Positions 22,900 to 33,082 of a stretch of 64,000 bases of DNA are shown here, piece by piece (position 1 is the stretch's first letter; every line of letters begins with the position of its first letter). The translations under genes and the position numbers were made by a program. Origin of the DNA: Nitrospirota bacterium. GTDB taxonomy: Bacteria; Nitrospirota; UBA9217. The stretch spans positions 1,600,001-1,664,000 of the forward strand of contig CAVTRN010000002.1 in NCBI GenBank assembly GCA_963737155.1, read 5' to 3'. The notes beneath the pieces were generated by a model. The model did no database searches and was not told the DNA's origin. It worked only from the letters and a program-made list of their open reading frames with translations.

Positions 22900-22943
22900 C
22901 GGATTTGAAGTCCGGGACGGGCACCAGCTCCGTAACCTCTCCC
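22900..22943 (-). tRNA. selC: 5' half of tRNA-Sec (truncated; probable att site)
   Basis: Minus strand reads GGGAGAGG-TT-ACGGAGC-TGGT-GCCCGT-C-CCGGA-CTTCAAA-TCCG: long D stem with 4-nt loop and a UCA anticodon loop. No variable arm, T arm or acceptor 3' strand follows. Confidence 0.82.
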
Positions 22944-23461
22944 TTGTTTATTGCGTATTGCCAAACTATTAAGTAAAAACTATCAGGACACCGAGAACAT
23001 GAATAACTGCAACAGCAATGTGTACCGCACCTGGTGTCCTTCACAAGAAATTGCTCACGCGGCTGCTGTAAGCTGAAGTTAATCGTATGTTTCTGAGTGC
23101 TTTTAAAGCCAAGAATTTCCGATCTACATGATATTCATTCACAGCCTCCATGCACATATGTATTAACATAATTTCGTGTCCAAGAAAACCGGGGCCGCTA
23201 TAAGCATAAGTCTGCTTGACCGGCTCAGAGTTTTTAACAGATAATTTATACACATTATACCATAATCGCCTATGCATAATTTATCGCTTTGTGTTCTCGG
23301 TTATGCTCCAGTTTTGCAGGGATACATAATGATACTTACTAAATTATTTCATTTTTGACGGCATCAACGCTTACATCACAATTATCACAATAGACAGATG
23401 TATTAGGAAATCTAGTAGACAAGTCATCATTACAATAATAAAACTATGCTAGAATAGAGCC

Positions 23462-25390
23462 ATGGACGCCATAAAAGACATGGGAAAACAGCTTAAAAGC
23501 CCACAAGGCCGGCTAATTTTAGCAATCATACTTTTTAGCGTGGCCTTTTACGTTTGGCAGCAATATACGATTCCTTCCGGTCCTGAGCGATTCACGATCT
23601 CCTACAGCCAATTTATGGATCAGCTTAACGTTGCAAATATAAAATCTGTATCCATCCAGAAACTGCAGGTGAATGGCGAATTCATAAAGAAAACGGATCT
23701 CACCCCCACCGGCTTGACAAAACCTGTTGCGGTTCAGGAATTCGTGACTTACCTCCCGACCTTCCAGGGGCAAGACCTTTTGAAACAGCTAAGCGCGAAA
23801 AACGTTGCTATTAACATAGAACCACCGGAGGAGGGTTCGCCGATATGGGGTTTCGTACTGGGCATATTGCCTTGGGCTCTCATACTGGGGTTTTGGTTTT
23901 TCATGATGCGGCGCGCGCAGCAGATCCAGGGCGGAGCCGGCGGGCTTTTTACGTTTGGCCAGAGCAAAGCCAAACTTTATGACATCAAGCGTCCAAAAGT
24001 GACGTTTGAGGATGTTGCAGGGTTGGCCAATGTCAAGCAAGAGCTCAGGGAATCGATTGATTATCTGAAAGACCCGTCGAAGTATATAAAGATAGGCGCC
24101 AAGGTCCCCAAGGGCGTTTTGCTTATTGGTCCTCCGGGCACTGGGAAAACTCTTCTTGCCAGAGCCTCGGCGGGCGAAGCAGGGGTCCCGTTTTACAGCA
24201 TCAGTGCCTCGGAGTTTATCGAGATGTTTGTAGGCGTCGGCGCTTCCCGGGTCCGGGATATGTTTAAAAAAGCCCGCGATACCCATCCGAGCATCATTTT
24301 CATCGACGAAATTGATTCCGTCGGACGCACGCGGGGTGCAGGGTTTGGGGGAGGACATGATGAGCGTGAGCAGACGTTAAACCAGCTTCTGAGTGAAATG
24401 GATGGGTTCAACCCGCACGAGGAGGTCATCGTCATGGCTGCGACAAACAGGCCTGACGTTCTGGACCCCGCGCTTCTGAGGCCTGGCAGGTTCGACAAAC
24501 ATATTGTGGTAGACCGTCCGGGATGGAAAGAGCGCAAAGCCATTCTCGAAGTCCACGTGAAGGGCAAGGTCCTTGACGCCGACGTCAACCTCGATACCAT
24601 TGCCCGCGGAACGCCGGGCATGACCGGCGCGGATCTTGAGAACCTTGCGAACGAGGCGGCGCTCGTAGCGCTTAGGAAAAACGAAAGCATGATTCATATG
24701 AGAAACTTCGAGGAGGCTCGGGACAAAATTCTCATGGGCAGCGTGCGCGAGGAGACGATTACCGATGAGGAAAAGAAGATCACCGCATATCATGAAGCGG
24801 GGCACGCGCTCGTTGCTAGGAAATTGCCGGGTACGGACCCGATCTATAAGGTAAGCGTTATCCCAAGGGGCATGGCCATGGGCGTCACCCAACTCCTGCC
24901 GGAAGAGGATCGGCACTATTATCCCCGTACGTATTTAATGAACAAGCTGAGTGTCGCGCTCGGCGGCAGATGCGCCGAGAAGATTGTATTCAACGACGTG
25001 AGCAGTGGGGCCCAGAGCGATTTGAAGGAAGCAACATCGCTTGCAGAAAAGATGGTGGCCCAATGGGGCATGAGCGATAAAGTTGGACCAATGAACCTTG
25101 GCAGAGGGGAAGAGCACCCCTTCCTAGGACGGGAACTTGCGCAACCTAAGCGCTACAGCGATGAAATGGCCTGGATCATGGACCAGGAAATTCAGCGGCT
25201 GATTCACGAAGCCGAAAATAAGGCGATGGATATCCTCATGAAGAACAGGAATGTCCTCGAACCCCTTGCATTGGCACTCATGAAAGAAGAGGTCCTCGAC
25301 AGAACGGAAATCGAAAACATTATAAAGGAAACGCAGGAAAAGTCTGCTTCGGGAAAACCGGGGTCTGACCTGCTGATCGGTTCAAGCTAA
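23462..25390 (+). CDS. ftsH: ATP-dependent zinc metalloprotease FtsH
   Basis: Two TM helices, [17 protein letters not shown] motif [19 protein letters not shown], and HEAGH. Confidence 0.97.
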   Translation: MDAIKDMGKQLKSPQGRLILAIILFSVAFYVWQQYTIPSGPERFTISYSQFMDQLNVANIKSVSIQKLQVNGEFIKKTDLTPTGLTKPVAVQEFVTYLPTFQGQDLLKQLSAKNVAINIEPPEEGSPIWGFVLGILPWALILGFWFFMMRRAQQIQGGAGGLFTFGQSKAKLYDIKRPKVTFEDVAGLANVKQELRESIDYLKDPSKYIKIGAKVPKGVLLIGPPGTGKTLLARASAGEAGVPFYSISASEFIEMFVGVGASRVRDMFKKARDTHPSIIFIDEIDSVGRTRGAGFGGGHDEREQTLNQLLSEMDGFNPHEEVIVMAATNRPDVLDPALLRPGRFDKHIVVDRPGWKERKAILEVHVKGKVLDADVNLDTIARGTPGMTGADLENLANEAALVALRKNESMIHMRNFEEARDKILMGSVREETITDEEKKITAYHEAGHALVARKLPGTDPIYKVSVIPRGMAMGVTQLLPEEDRHYYPRTYLMNKLSVALGGRCAEKIVFNDVSSGAQSDLKEATSLAEKMVAQWGMSDKVGPMNLGRGEEHPFLGRELAQPKRYSDEMAWIMDQEIQRLIHEAENKAMDILMKNRNVLEPLALALMKEEVLDRTEIENIIKETQEKSASGKPGSDLLIGSS

Positions 25391-25769
25391 CAGAAGTTCT
25401 GGCGTGGTTGCATACATTCAACGGATTGGGAGCGTTCAAAACACCCTGCTCACGAAATAAACAGAAACCTTTATTCCTCAGTGATAAATTGTCTGGATAG
25501 AAAAGCTCATGGGAATTAACTAGCTCAACCGAGACCTGGGTTTCACCAATTCAGAAACTATCCAAAAAAAACACTTAGAATTTAATATTTACAACTGGAA
25601 GAAGGGATGCGGATCAAGATGAGTTGGATAGAATCAAACTCTCAAAACAATATCGACCAGGCATGCTATCCGTGATTACCAGGCAGAAAAAAAAGGGTAT
25701 TCGTAACGTAGTGTGGATTCCCTCTGGTTTAATGCCCTGTGCACATCGTGGCAAAATCGTAAAATAGTG

Positions 25770-25798
25770 TTGAAATTCACAAATTGACAATGTATACT
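25770..25798 (+). promoter_or_regulatory. sigma70 promoter inside the ISL3 left end
   Basis: TTGAAA-17 nt-TATACT upstream of the MNT gene. Confidence 0.65.
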
Positions 25799-25827
25799 CA
25801 AATCGTAATCTAGTGTGGGAGGCACTT

Positions 25828-26133
25828 ATGTTAAAAACTAATATTCAAATCCCGATGATAAAAATCGAAGAGTTCTGCCTCAAATGGAAAATCAAGGAAT
25901 TTTCTTTGTTCGGTTCGGTACTCACGGAAGATTTTCGTCCCGACAGCGACGTGGATGTGCTGGTGACGTTCGAGCGGGGTGGCAGTATTACGTTTGACAA
26001 TCGCGTGGACATGCTGGACGAGCTGAAGGCAATATTTGGAAGAGAAGTTGACCTTGTCGAGAAAAAGGCCATCAGCAATCCTTTCCGCAGGCACTCGATC
26101 CTCACGACAAAGGAGGTCCTGTATGCGGCCTAA
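25828..26133 (+). CDS. Minimal nucleotidyltransferase (MNT/MntA-type antitoxin)
   Basis: LFGSVLTEDFRPDSDVD (GSx10DxD) and FGREVDLV; GGAGG RBS. Confidence 0.9.
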   Translation: MLKTNIQIPMIKIEEFCLKWKIKEFSLFGSVLTEDFRPDSDVDVLVTFERGGSITFDNRVDMLDELKAIFGREVDLVEKKAISNPFRRHSILTTKEVLYAA

Positions 26134-26485
26134 TGAACGGGATGCCGCATATCTCCTGGACATGCTTCAGGCAGCAGAGAAGGTCCGCCGTTTTGTTAAC
26201 GGGATAAAACAGGAGGAGTTTGCTGAAAACGGGGTGCTACGTGATGCCATCGAACGCAATATCGAGATCATCGGAGAGGCCGCTCGCAAAGTGACGGAGG
26301 CGTTTAAAAAGCATCATCCTGAAATTCCTTGGCGCAAGATAATTGCCCAGCGCAACGTGCTAGTTCACGAGTACGATAAGATTGGTGTGGATGAAATGTG
26401 GAGTGTGGTGACGTTTCATGTACCAAACCTGATAGAGAATCTTGCGCCGTTGATACCTCCCACGCCGCCGGAGGTCGAATCCTAA
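26123..26485 (+). CDS. HEPN/DUF86 ribonuclease toxin (HepT-like)
   Basis: AIERNIEIIGEAA, HPEIPW and RNVLVHEY (Rx4HxY). Confidence 0.9.
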   Translation: MRPNERDAAYLLDMLQAAEKVRRFVNGIKQEEFAENGVLRDAIERNIEIIGEAARKVTEAFKKHHPEIPWRKIIAQRNVLVHEYDKIGVDEMWSVVTFHVPNLIENLAPLIPPTPPEVES

Positions 26486-27795
26486 TGCCTATCAATATTC
26501 TCAATCTAAACGCCTATGAGATCATAAATTTCAAAGAAACAGAGCATGATTATCATATATATGCGAGGACCAAGGTACCGTCAACCATATGCCCTCACTG
26601 CGGATCAAATAATGTCGTAGGGCATGGGTCCGATGACATCACTGTAAAAGATATGACGATACATGGCAAGCGAGTAGGCGTGTATATCGGCGTACGTAGG
26701 TATAAATGCCGGGGCTGCGGTAAAACCTTTACTGAAGCACTGCCTCATATAAATAGCAAAAGACTAATGACAGATCGACTTGTTCAATATGTCGGCGGCC
26801 AGGCACTTAGCCGTACTTTCACAAGCATAGCAGATGAGATTGGAGTCGCAGAAGGTACTATACGGAACATTTTTCGTGACTATGTGAACGAACTTGAAAA
26901 AACAGTCCGATTCGAGATACCACAGTGGATGGGTATCGATGAGATTCATATTATTAAGAAACCCAGAGCTGTCATCAGCAATATCGAGAACAACACAATC
27001 GTAAATATCTTACCTGATCGGAATAAAAAGACTGTCATCAAATATCTAAACGGTCTTGATGGTAAAGATCGTGTTCGATATGTCGCAATGGATATGTGGA
27101 AGCCCTATCGAGATGCTGTCAATACAGTATTCCCAGACGCTACCATAGTCATAGACAAGTTTCATGTTGTCAGAATGGCAAACGAGGCGGTTGAAAAAGT
27201 GCGTAAATCAATTCGGCAATCTCTCACGTCAGCCCAACGTCGAACACTCATGCACGATCGATTCGTCTTGTTGAAGAGACAAAAAGACTTGTCTGCAAAA
27301 GAAATACTTATACTAGCGACATGGTTCGCCAATTATCAGGATATTAAAGAGGTTTACGAGGTTAAAGAGCAATTCTTCAATATATGGGATGCAAAAGACA
27401 AAAACGAAGCGCTTGGCTTATATAACGGATGGCAGCAGAGCATACCTCAAAATCTTCTCGAAGCCTACCATCCATTAATTACTGCAACAGAAAACTGGCA
27501 GGAGGAAATTTTTGCGTACTTTGATCATAAAATCACGAACGCTTATACCGAGTCTCTCAACAATTTAATAAGGGTCATGAATCGATTGGGCCGTGGTTAT
27601 TCCTTTGACGCCCTTAGAGCAAAAATTCTCTTCACAGAATCTATGCACAAGATTAAAAGATCTGCGTTTAAAAAATGGCCAGCAGATAACTTAATGTGTT
27701 TCCGGACGGAATCCACATTGGACAATCAGCCGGAAATTAATTACGGGGTGGATATATCCACACTAACAGAACTGATTGAGTCCGGAGCCTTTTGA
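26485..27795 (+). CDS. ISL3-family transposase
   Basis: Zn finger CPHC...CRGC, GIDE, AMDMWKPY, DKFHVV and TNAYTESLN. ATG overlaps the HEPN stop (TAATG). Confidence 0.95.
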   Translation: MPINILNLNAYEIINFKETEHDYHIYARTKVPSTICPHCGSNNVVGHGSDDITVKDMTIHGKRVGVYIGVRRYKCRGCGKTFTEALPHINSKRLMTDRLVQYVGGQALSRTFTSIADEIGVAEGTIRNIFRDYVNELEKTVRFEIPQWMGIDEIHIIKKPRAVISNIENNTIVNILPDRNKKTVIKYLNGLDGKDRVRYVAMDMWKPYRDAVNTVFPDATIVIDKFHVVRMANEAVEKVRKSIRQSLTSAQRRTLMHDRFVLLKRQKDLSAKEILILATWFANYQDIKEVYEVKEQFFNIWDAKDKNEALGLYNGWQQSIPQNLLEAYHPLITATENWQEEIFAYFDHKITNAYTESLNNLIRVMNRLGRGYSFDALRAKILFTESMHKIKRSAFKKWPADNLMCFRTESTLDNQPEINYGVDISTLTELIESGAF

Positions 27796-28062
27796 CCTCC
27801 CACCCACACCAAATTACGAATACCCAAAAAAAATAGGACACAGCAATGATTCACCGGAAATTGTGGGTCTACTCTCTTTAAATACAGAACAATTAAAGAT
27901 AGATAATTTAATAAACATCCACAGCTGCATTGGAGAAAGGCTAACAATTATTGACTATACAAAGGAGGGATTACTTGCTTTTGACTTTATTCTACAATGT
28001 GGAAGCCCATGCTGAAACCGGAAAAACGGTTTTTCACGGGTACATCGGCTGCTTTATGACGC

Positions 28063-28275
28063 TTATTTTAAGGCCTTATCACTATGTCTTCGCTCTATAT
28101 TTTTTGGTTTTGGAGGAGAGTCTGTTGCCATTGATCGCATAGGATCAATCCCCACACGTATCCATTTGCCACGCCGTCGAAAGGCTGCGAAAGGGTAAGT
28201 CGCTACAAGTTCATCAAAACGAGCAGCCTCTATAAAACCATGACTTTGGTTTTCGAAAATGACATGGATTAACAT
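28063..28275 (-). CDS. Small hypothetical protein resembling the Geobacter GSU3473 family
   Basis: MLIHVIF....GFI....DEL......AFRR.GKWIRVGIDPMR pattern recalled for that family; GGAGG RBS. Confidence 0.65.
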   Translation of the reverse strand: MLIHVIFENQSHGFIEAARFDELVATYPFAAFRRRGKWIRVGIDPMRSMATDSPPKPKNIERRHSDKALK

Positions 28276-28974
28276 AGAAAGCCCTCCTTTTTTAGAAAAA
28301 TAAAATCCTTCAAGGCCAAATGTGAATATTAACACAAAACATCTTTCATACTAAATACGTAGGCGGTACGATATCACTTATAAATATAAGTATAATAACA
28401 TCTCTGCTTTTTGTCAAACCCGGCACCGGAAATCGTGCTCGACGCTCATCAGCAGAATCTGTGGTTGAAAAAAACATTTAAGGAAAAGTCTTGTATTTCG
28501 GGCATAGCCATTATGCTGATTAAAAGTTGTATTACGCCACGTTTGCCATGGCAATCTACATTTCACCGTCGCATACAATTTAGATGACAAACCTGACGGT
28601 GACATAGATCACACAATTCTACAGTGATGAGATCTGGTAGCCGTCCGAAATAATAAACAAATACTGATTCGTTATTTAAAAAAACATCCACGGAATTTGC
28701 CGAGGAGTCCAAGGTGTTTGACTCCCCTCAATCTACAACCTTCAAGCACCTCAACATGGTTTTAGATATAACGATCGAACATGACAGTATGATACAACTT
28801 TAGCTCCTTACCATGGATTAATAGTTCCAATTTAGATTCTGAATATAGTAAGTCGCCTATAAAGTAAAAAACCACCTGTCAACTTGAATGCGATATAGAA
28901 TCTTATTTTCCCAAAGATTTGAAAGTCTTCATTTCGTTCAGCACGCAGCTTTGAAATCGCTTTTCAACAGTCTG

Positions 28975-29364
28975 CTATATCCCATTAGACTTCAAAACAG
29001 CAATTCCTGCAGTTAGTAGTGCAAGCCAGAGGATAAAATCGAATATCATTGCCTCTGAGTCGAGCCTGTTATTTTGACTGACCACGGCCTGCCGCAGCGG
29101 AGCCGATGACCTGACTGTAAGGATTGTGGACGCTGTAAAAATACCTCCGAATATGATCAGCAGCAGGATCGGCAGAAAGGACGATTTTTGTCCAGCCGCA
29201 AGGACTGGAATCAGCCACTCATCCACACCTAACGCTAGCACCACGAGCGCGACAAAAAAACCAATAAATGTCATGCCCTCCTTGTTCTGCGGGATATGCG
29301 CTGAAATAAGCGCAGTGAAAACCATAGAAATTGTGAGAGCAAACAGTAAATACAAAAGTATCAT
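28975..29364 (-). CDS. Hypothetical 4-TM membrane protein
   Basis: Four hydrophobic segments; GAGGTG RBS before ATG 29364. Confidence 0.65.
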   Translation of the reverse strand: MILLYLLFALTISMVFTALISAHIPQNKEGMTFIGFFVALVVLALGVDEWLIPVLAAGQKSSFLPILLLIIFGGIFTASTILTVRSSAPLRQAVVSQNNRLDSEAMIFDFILWLALLTAGIAVLKSNGI

Positions 29365-29535
29365 TAAACTCACCTCGATTCAATAACTGGCAGGCTAACG
29401 TACCTTCATTCTGCCATTTCAAGAATCACGTTGACCATCCCTGTTTATATTTTAGCACTAGTTGTGCGCGTTATTTCGTTTGTCCTGAGTCAACAGATTA
29501 TAAAGAGAGAGTCTACATGCGAGAATATATATAAT

Positions 29536-31518
29536 TTACTGAACTTTTCGTGTCAAAAGTTTAACTGCCTCGTCCAGGTCGCGGTGCGCTCCGATGAGCA
29601 CCACAATGTCGCCGGGCTGGAGCATGATATTCGGTTCCGGGTTCGTAGTTGCTTCCCCGTCCCGAGCTATAGCGATAACCGTGGCCCCCGAAATTTTTCG
29701 AATGTCCAGATCGCGAAGAGTCTTCCCTACTGCAAGAGAGTCTGATTCAATCTGAATGTGGTCTACCGTTGCACCGGCAAGAAGAGTGGCTACATGGCCA
29801 AGATGCTCCTGGTCCAGCGAAAGTCCGCGCAGCATCTTGTAGCCGCCGAACCTAATGAGCTGGATCTGGTTTGCGATGATATTGCTTGGAACATGATACT
29901 CGTGCAGCACCCGTGAAAATATTTCGATGGACGTTTCAAACTCCTCAGGGATAACCTGGTTTGCGCCGAGACGTATTAGCTCATCCACTTCAGCGGCATA
30001 GCGGGTCCTGATCAGGATGAAGATCGCAGGGTTGAGTAGGCGCGCTAAGCGAATAGACATCCGTGTCGCTGCATGGTCCGAGATCGCAAAGACGATGACT
30101 TTGGCGCAGTCTACTCCCGCCCGCTTCAGCACGTCCTGTCGCGTGATATCGCCGTAGATGATAGGTTCTCCTTCCTCACGTGCTTTGCGAATTGTGTCCG
30201 CGTTGACTTCAAGAACCACATAGGGGATATGAGTCGCTCTGAGTGTTTTTGAGAGGTTTCTTCCATTCAGCCCGTATCCCGCAATAACCGTGTGGCCGTT
30301 AAGGCCGCAAATGTTGACGTCGTCCCGGTCATCGTCGGCCAGTCCAGTCCATCGTGTCGTGATCCATGGCGCGACCTGGATAAGGAAAGGAGACGCGAGC
30401 ATGCTCAGGATCGATGTATTGACAAACATTTGAAAAACATTCGCGTCTATCAGGCCCTGGTTATGGCCCTGCTGGGCGAGGAGAAAGGAAAATTCCCCGA
30501 TCTGTGCAAGGCCTAATCCCGCGAGCAGTGAGCTCCTAAGTGGATATCGCAGCAGTGCCGCTGTGGCGGCTACCAGCCCTGTTTTCATGACGATCAAGAG
30601 GAGTGCCATCGTGACGAGTATCAACCAGTGAACGCGGAAGTAGGCGGTGTGCAACAACATGCCGACAGAGATGAAAAAAATGCTGGCAAAATAATCCCGA
30701 AAAGGTGTGATCTCAGAGACAATGTGGTGGCTGTACTCCGATTCGGAAATGATGATTCCGGCGAGAAAAGCGCCGAGGGCCAGAGACAGACCTAGACTGT
30801 AGGTGACCCAGGCCGTGCCTAGACAGAGCAGCACCACGAGCAGAAAAAACATCTCACGGTTCCTGAGTCGGATGACCTGGTGAAGAAGGTACGGCACCAC
30901 CTCACGGGCAGCTAAATAAACGCCGATAAGCCCCAAGATGGCCTTCCCCAGAGAAATAAAAACCGAAAGGGGCGTAACGACGCCTGCTGCGCTCGCCTGG
31001 CTAAGCACCGGGAGCATGAGCATCATAGGTACGACGGCGATATCCTGGAACAGAAGGATACCGGTGCCCAGCTTGCCGTGGGCCGTATCAAGTTCGGAGC
31101 GATCTGAATACATCTTGAGCACAATGGCCGTGCTGCTCAACGATGCAAGGAATCCGAAGAAGATTGCCTGGGGCAAAGGATAACGTAGCGTTGTAGCTAT
31201 GCCGGCGACTACCGCGATCGTAAGCAACACCTGCGTCGTGCCTCCAATAAAAAACTGGCGGCTCGATTTCAGGATGTCCTCGATGGAAAACTCCAGTCCC
31301 ACGGCAAAAAGGAGCAAAACAACGCCGATGTCGGCAAGACGCTGGACAACCCGCATCTCGGTGATCACAGAAGCGCCGTAAGGCCCGATCAGCACACCTG
31401 TAATCAGGAATCCTACAAGGGCCGGCAATTTTGCCCGGTGAAATAGGTAGGTGATCGGAAGTGATACGGCAAGCAGAATGATCAGTTCGCGCAATACGGT
31501 GATTTCATGGTCCTGCAT
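29536..31518 (-). CDS. CPA2 cation/H+ antiporter with TrkA-N and TrkA-C domains (KefB/KefC-like)
   Basis: LLLFAVGLEFS, SLSSTAIVLK, FQDI, LAQIGEFSF and IAGYG motifs; C-terminal RCK domain. Confidence 0.92.
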   Translation of the reverse strand: MQDHEITVLRELIILLAVSLPITYLFHRAKLPALVGFLITGVLIGPYGASVITEMRVVQRLADIGVVLLLFAVGLEFSIEDILKSSRQFFIGGTTQVLLTIAVVAGIATTLRYPLPQAIFFGFLASLSSTAIVLKMYSDRSELDTAHGKLGTGILLFQDIAVVPMMLMLPVLSQASAAGVVTPLSVFISLGKAILGLIGVYLAAREVVPYLLHQVIRLRNREMFFLLVVLLCLGTAWVTYSLGLSLALGAFLAGIIISESEYSHHIVSEITPFRDYFASIFFISVGMLLHTAYFRVHWLILVTMALLLIVMKTGLVAATAALLRYPLRSSLLAGLGLAQIGEFSFLLAQQGHNQGLIDANVFQMFVNTSILSMLASPFLIQVAPWITTRWTGLADDDRDDVNICGLNGHTVIAGYGLNGRNLSKTLRATHIPYVVLEVNADTIRKAREEGEPIIYGDITRQDVLKRAGVDCAKVIVFAISDHAATRMSIRLARLLNPAIFILIRTRYAAEVDELIRLGANQVIPEEFETSIEIFSRVLHEYHVPSNIIANQIQLIRFGGYKMLRGLSLDQEHLGHVATLLAGATVDHIQIESDSLAVGKTLRDLDIRKISGATVIAIARDGEATTNPEPNIMLQPGDIVVLIGAHRDLDEAVKLLTRKVQ

Positions 31519-32153
31519 GGGTGATATGATACCATACTTTTGTTAACATGGCATTACCGAATCCGGGCAATCTGGAACCAAACATCGAAAAATCGCCGAT
31601 CGACGGCTGCTTTCCTTTATATTTATGCCAATACTGTGCTGCAAATGCCGTCGAAATATCCAAGGGATTAGCGAGTTATGCAGGTGAGAGGTATCGTAAA
31701 GAAATGGCATAAACATATCTAGTTCGACAAAGACGAAGGAATATCCCAATGTTTCTTTTCCATGAGGGTAAATTTTGCTTTCACTTCACGGATCAAGGCG
31801 GGAGACACGGTGGCCGATGTATGCGCGACGCTGGTGTGGTTGCTTCACTGCTCACAGCGCAGTTCCTTTTTATGATACATGTTTGGTTATGCGACGAAAG
31901 AAAGTTACAAGATGTTTATGAAGGCTGAATATCGTTAAGGCTGAAAAGGCAAAGTCTACCTCGCTTATTTATTCACAGAGAGGCGCTGGTACTAAAATGT
32001 AAACATTCAATCCATGATATAGAGAGCAGCGGTTAATTTCGACGTTCTCGCCAGTGCTATGTCTATTGTTCCGTTCGGAGCATCGAATCGATATTATAAC
32101 GAATATAGCACAAGTGTGAAGATACATTCTTCTGCAGACGGGTTTACGTTTCG

Positions 32154-32942
32154 TCAATAAAATATTTCAACTCTGTTCTTGCCCCGGCGTTTTGCCTGGT
32201 AAAGGGCATCATCAACTCTTTTAATGAAACTATCAAAGTCGTCGCCCCGCAGTAATTGAGTCAAACCGAGGCTGATTGTCATAGTGCATGACCCCTCAAA
32301 GGATGAGGAGGCAATAAGATTCCTGATTTTATCGGCCAGTTCTCGCGCATTAGCCGATGCTGTTTCAGGAACAACGATCATGAATTCTTCGCCTCCCCAT
32401 CTGCCCACCGCATCAGATACCCGGATGTTATTTTTTAGAATATCAGCCACGCCCTTCAGTACCTTATCGCCCACCTGATGACCATAGGTATCGTTGATAT
32501 GTTTAAAGTCGTCAAAATCCAGCATGATTAGAGAGAGCGGGCTGTTGTACCGTTTAGTACGTTCAATCTCCGATTGTATGATTTCCTCCAGTTTTCTCCT
32601 ATTGTATATCTGTGTCAGCTTATCGATGGTCGCTGCCACAATGAGTTCCTGTTCCAGTTTCTTGCGTGTTTCGATTTCATGGGCCAGCTGCTTGTTCAAT
32701 TTGGTATAACGGTGTAGCGCAAAGTAGGCAGCTCCGCCGGAAATAGCGGTACTGAACAAAATAGTTAGCAGGAGTGACTCCGTGGCATTGATAAAATTAT
32801 GAACGATTATTTTCAAAATTTCGAGTGTCGTCATGCCAAGTAGCGTAAAAAGAACAACGGCGACAAGATAGCGTGGTACGAGATTATTCGTATCTTTTGG
32901 TTGCTCCTCTTTGTGCCGAGCTTGAACTGTATTATTTGTCAT
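32154..32942 (-). CDS. Membrane-bound diguanylate cyclase
   Basis: Two TM helices, DKLT, DFDDFKHINDTYGH and RWGGEEF. Confidence 0.92.
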   Translation of the reverse strand: MTNNTVQARHKEEQPKDTNNLVPRYLVAVVLFTLLGMTTLEILKIIVHNFINATESLLLTILFSTAISGGAAYFALHRYTKLNKQLAHEIETRKKLEQELIVAATIDKLTQIYNRRKLEEIIQSEIERTKRYNSPLSLIMLDFDDFKHINDTYGHQVGDKVLKGVADILKNNIRVSDAVGRWGGEEFMIVVPETASANARELADKIRNLIASSSFEGSCTMTISLGLTQLLRGDDFDSFIKRVDDALYQAKRRGKNRVEIFY

Positions 32943-33082
32943 GGCTTCAGTTTCAGACCCGCTGATAAAATAAAGAACCCTGCAGGGTTCAGATAACTTC
33001 AGCAGAACGATTTAGGACATACGGTATAATGAATTATAGTATGAAGCATTCATGAAAAAATATCAAGGCTGTTAGAAATAAA

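Larger units (their letters stand above)
25695..27825 (+). mobile_element. Complete ISL3-family element carrying passenger TA genes
   Basis: Left IR GGGTATTCGTAACGTAGTGTGG; right IR (reverse complement) GGGTATTCGTAATTTGGTGTGG. A8 on both flanks (25687-25694 and 27826-27833). Confidence 0.9.

Noticed and set aside
25664-25700. C-Y-P-TGA in the reconstructed IS target as a CxxU selenoprotein
   Set aside because: No convincing SECIS-like stem follows the TGA and the peptide has no recognisable redox fold. A plain stop in a remnant is simpler.
28705-28740. GTTTGACTCCCC as a tRNA or tmRNA 3' end, or the missing selC half
   Set aside because: No T-stem or acceptor pairing with the selC fragment and no CCA. 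It is only a short GGAGTC/GACTCC hairpin.
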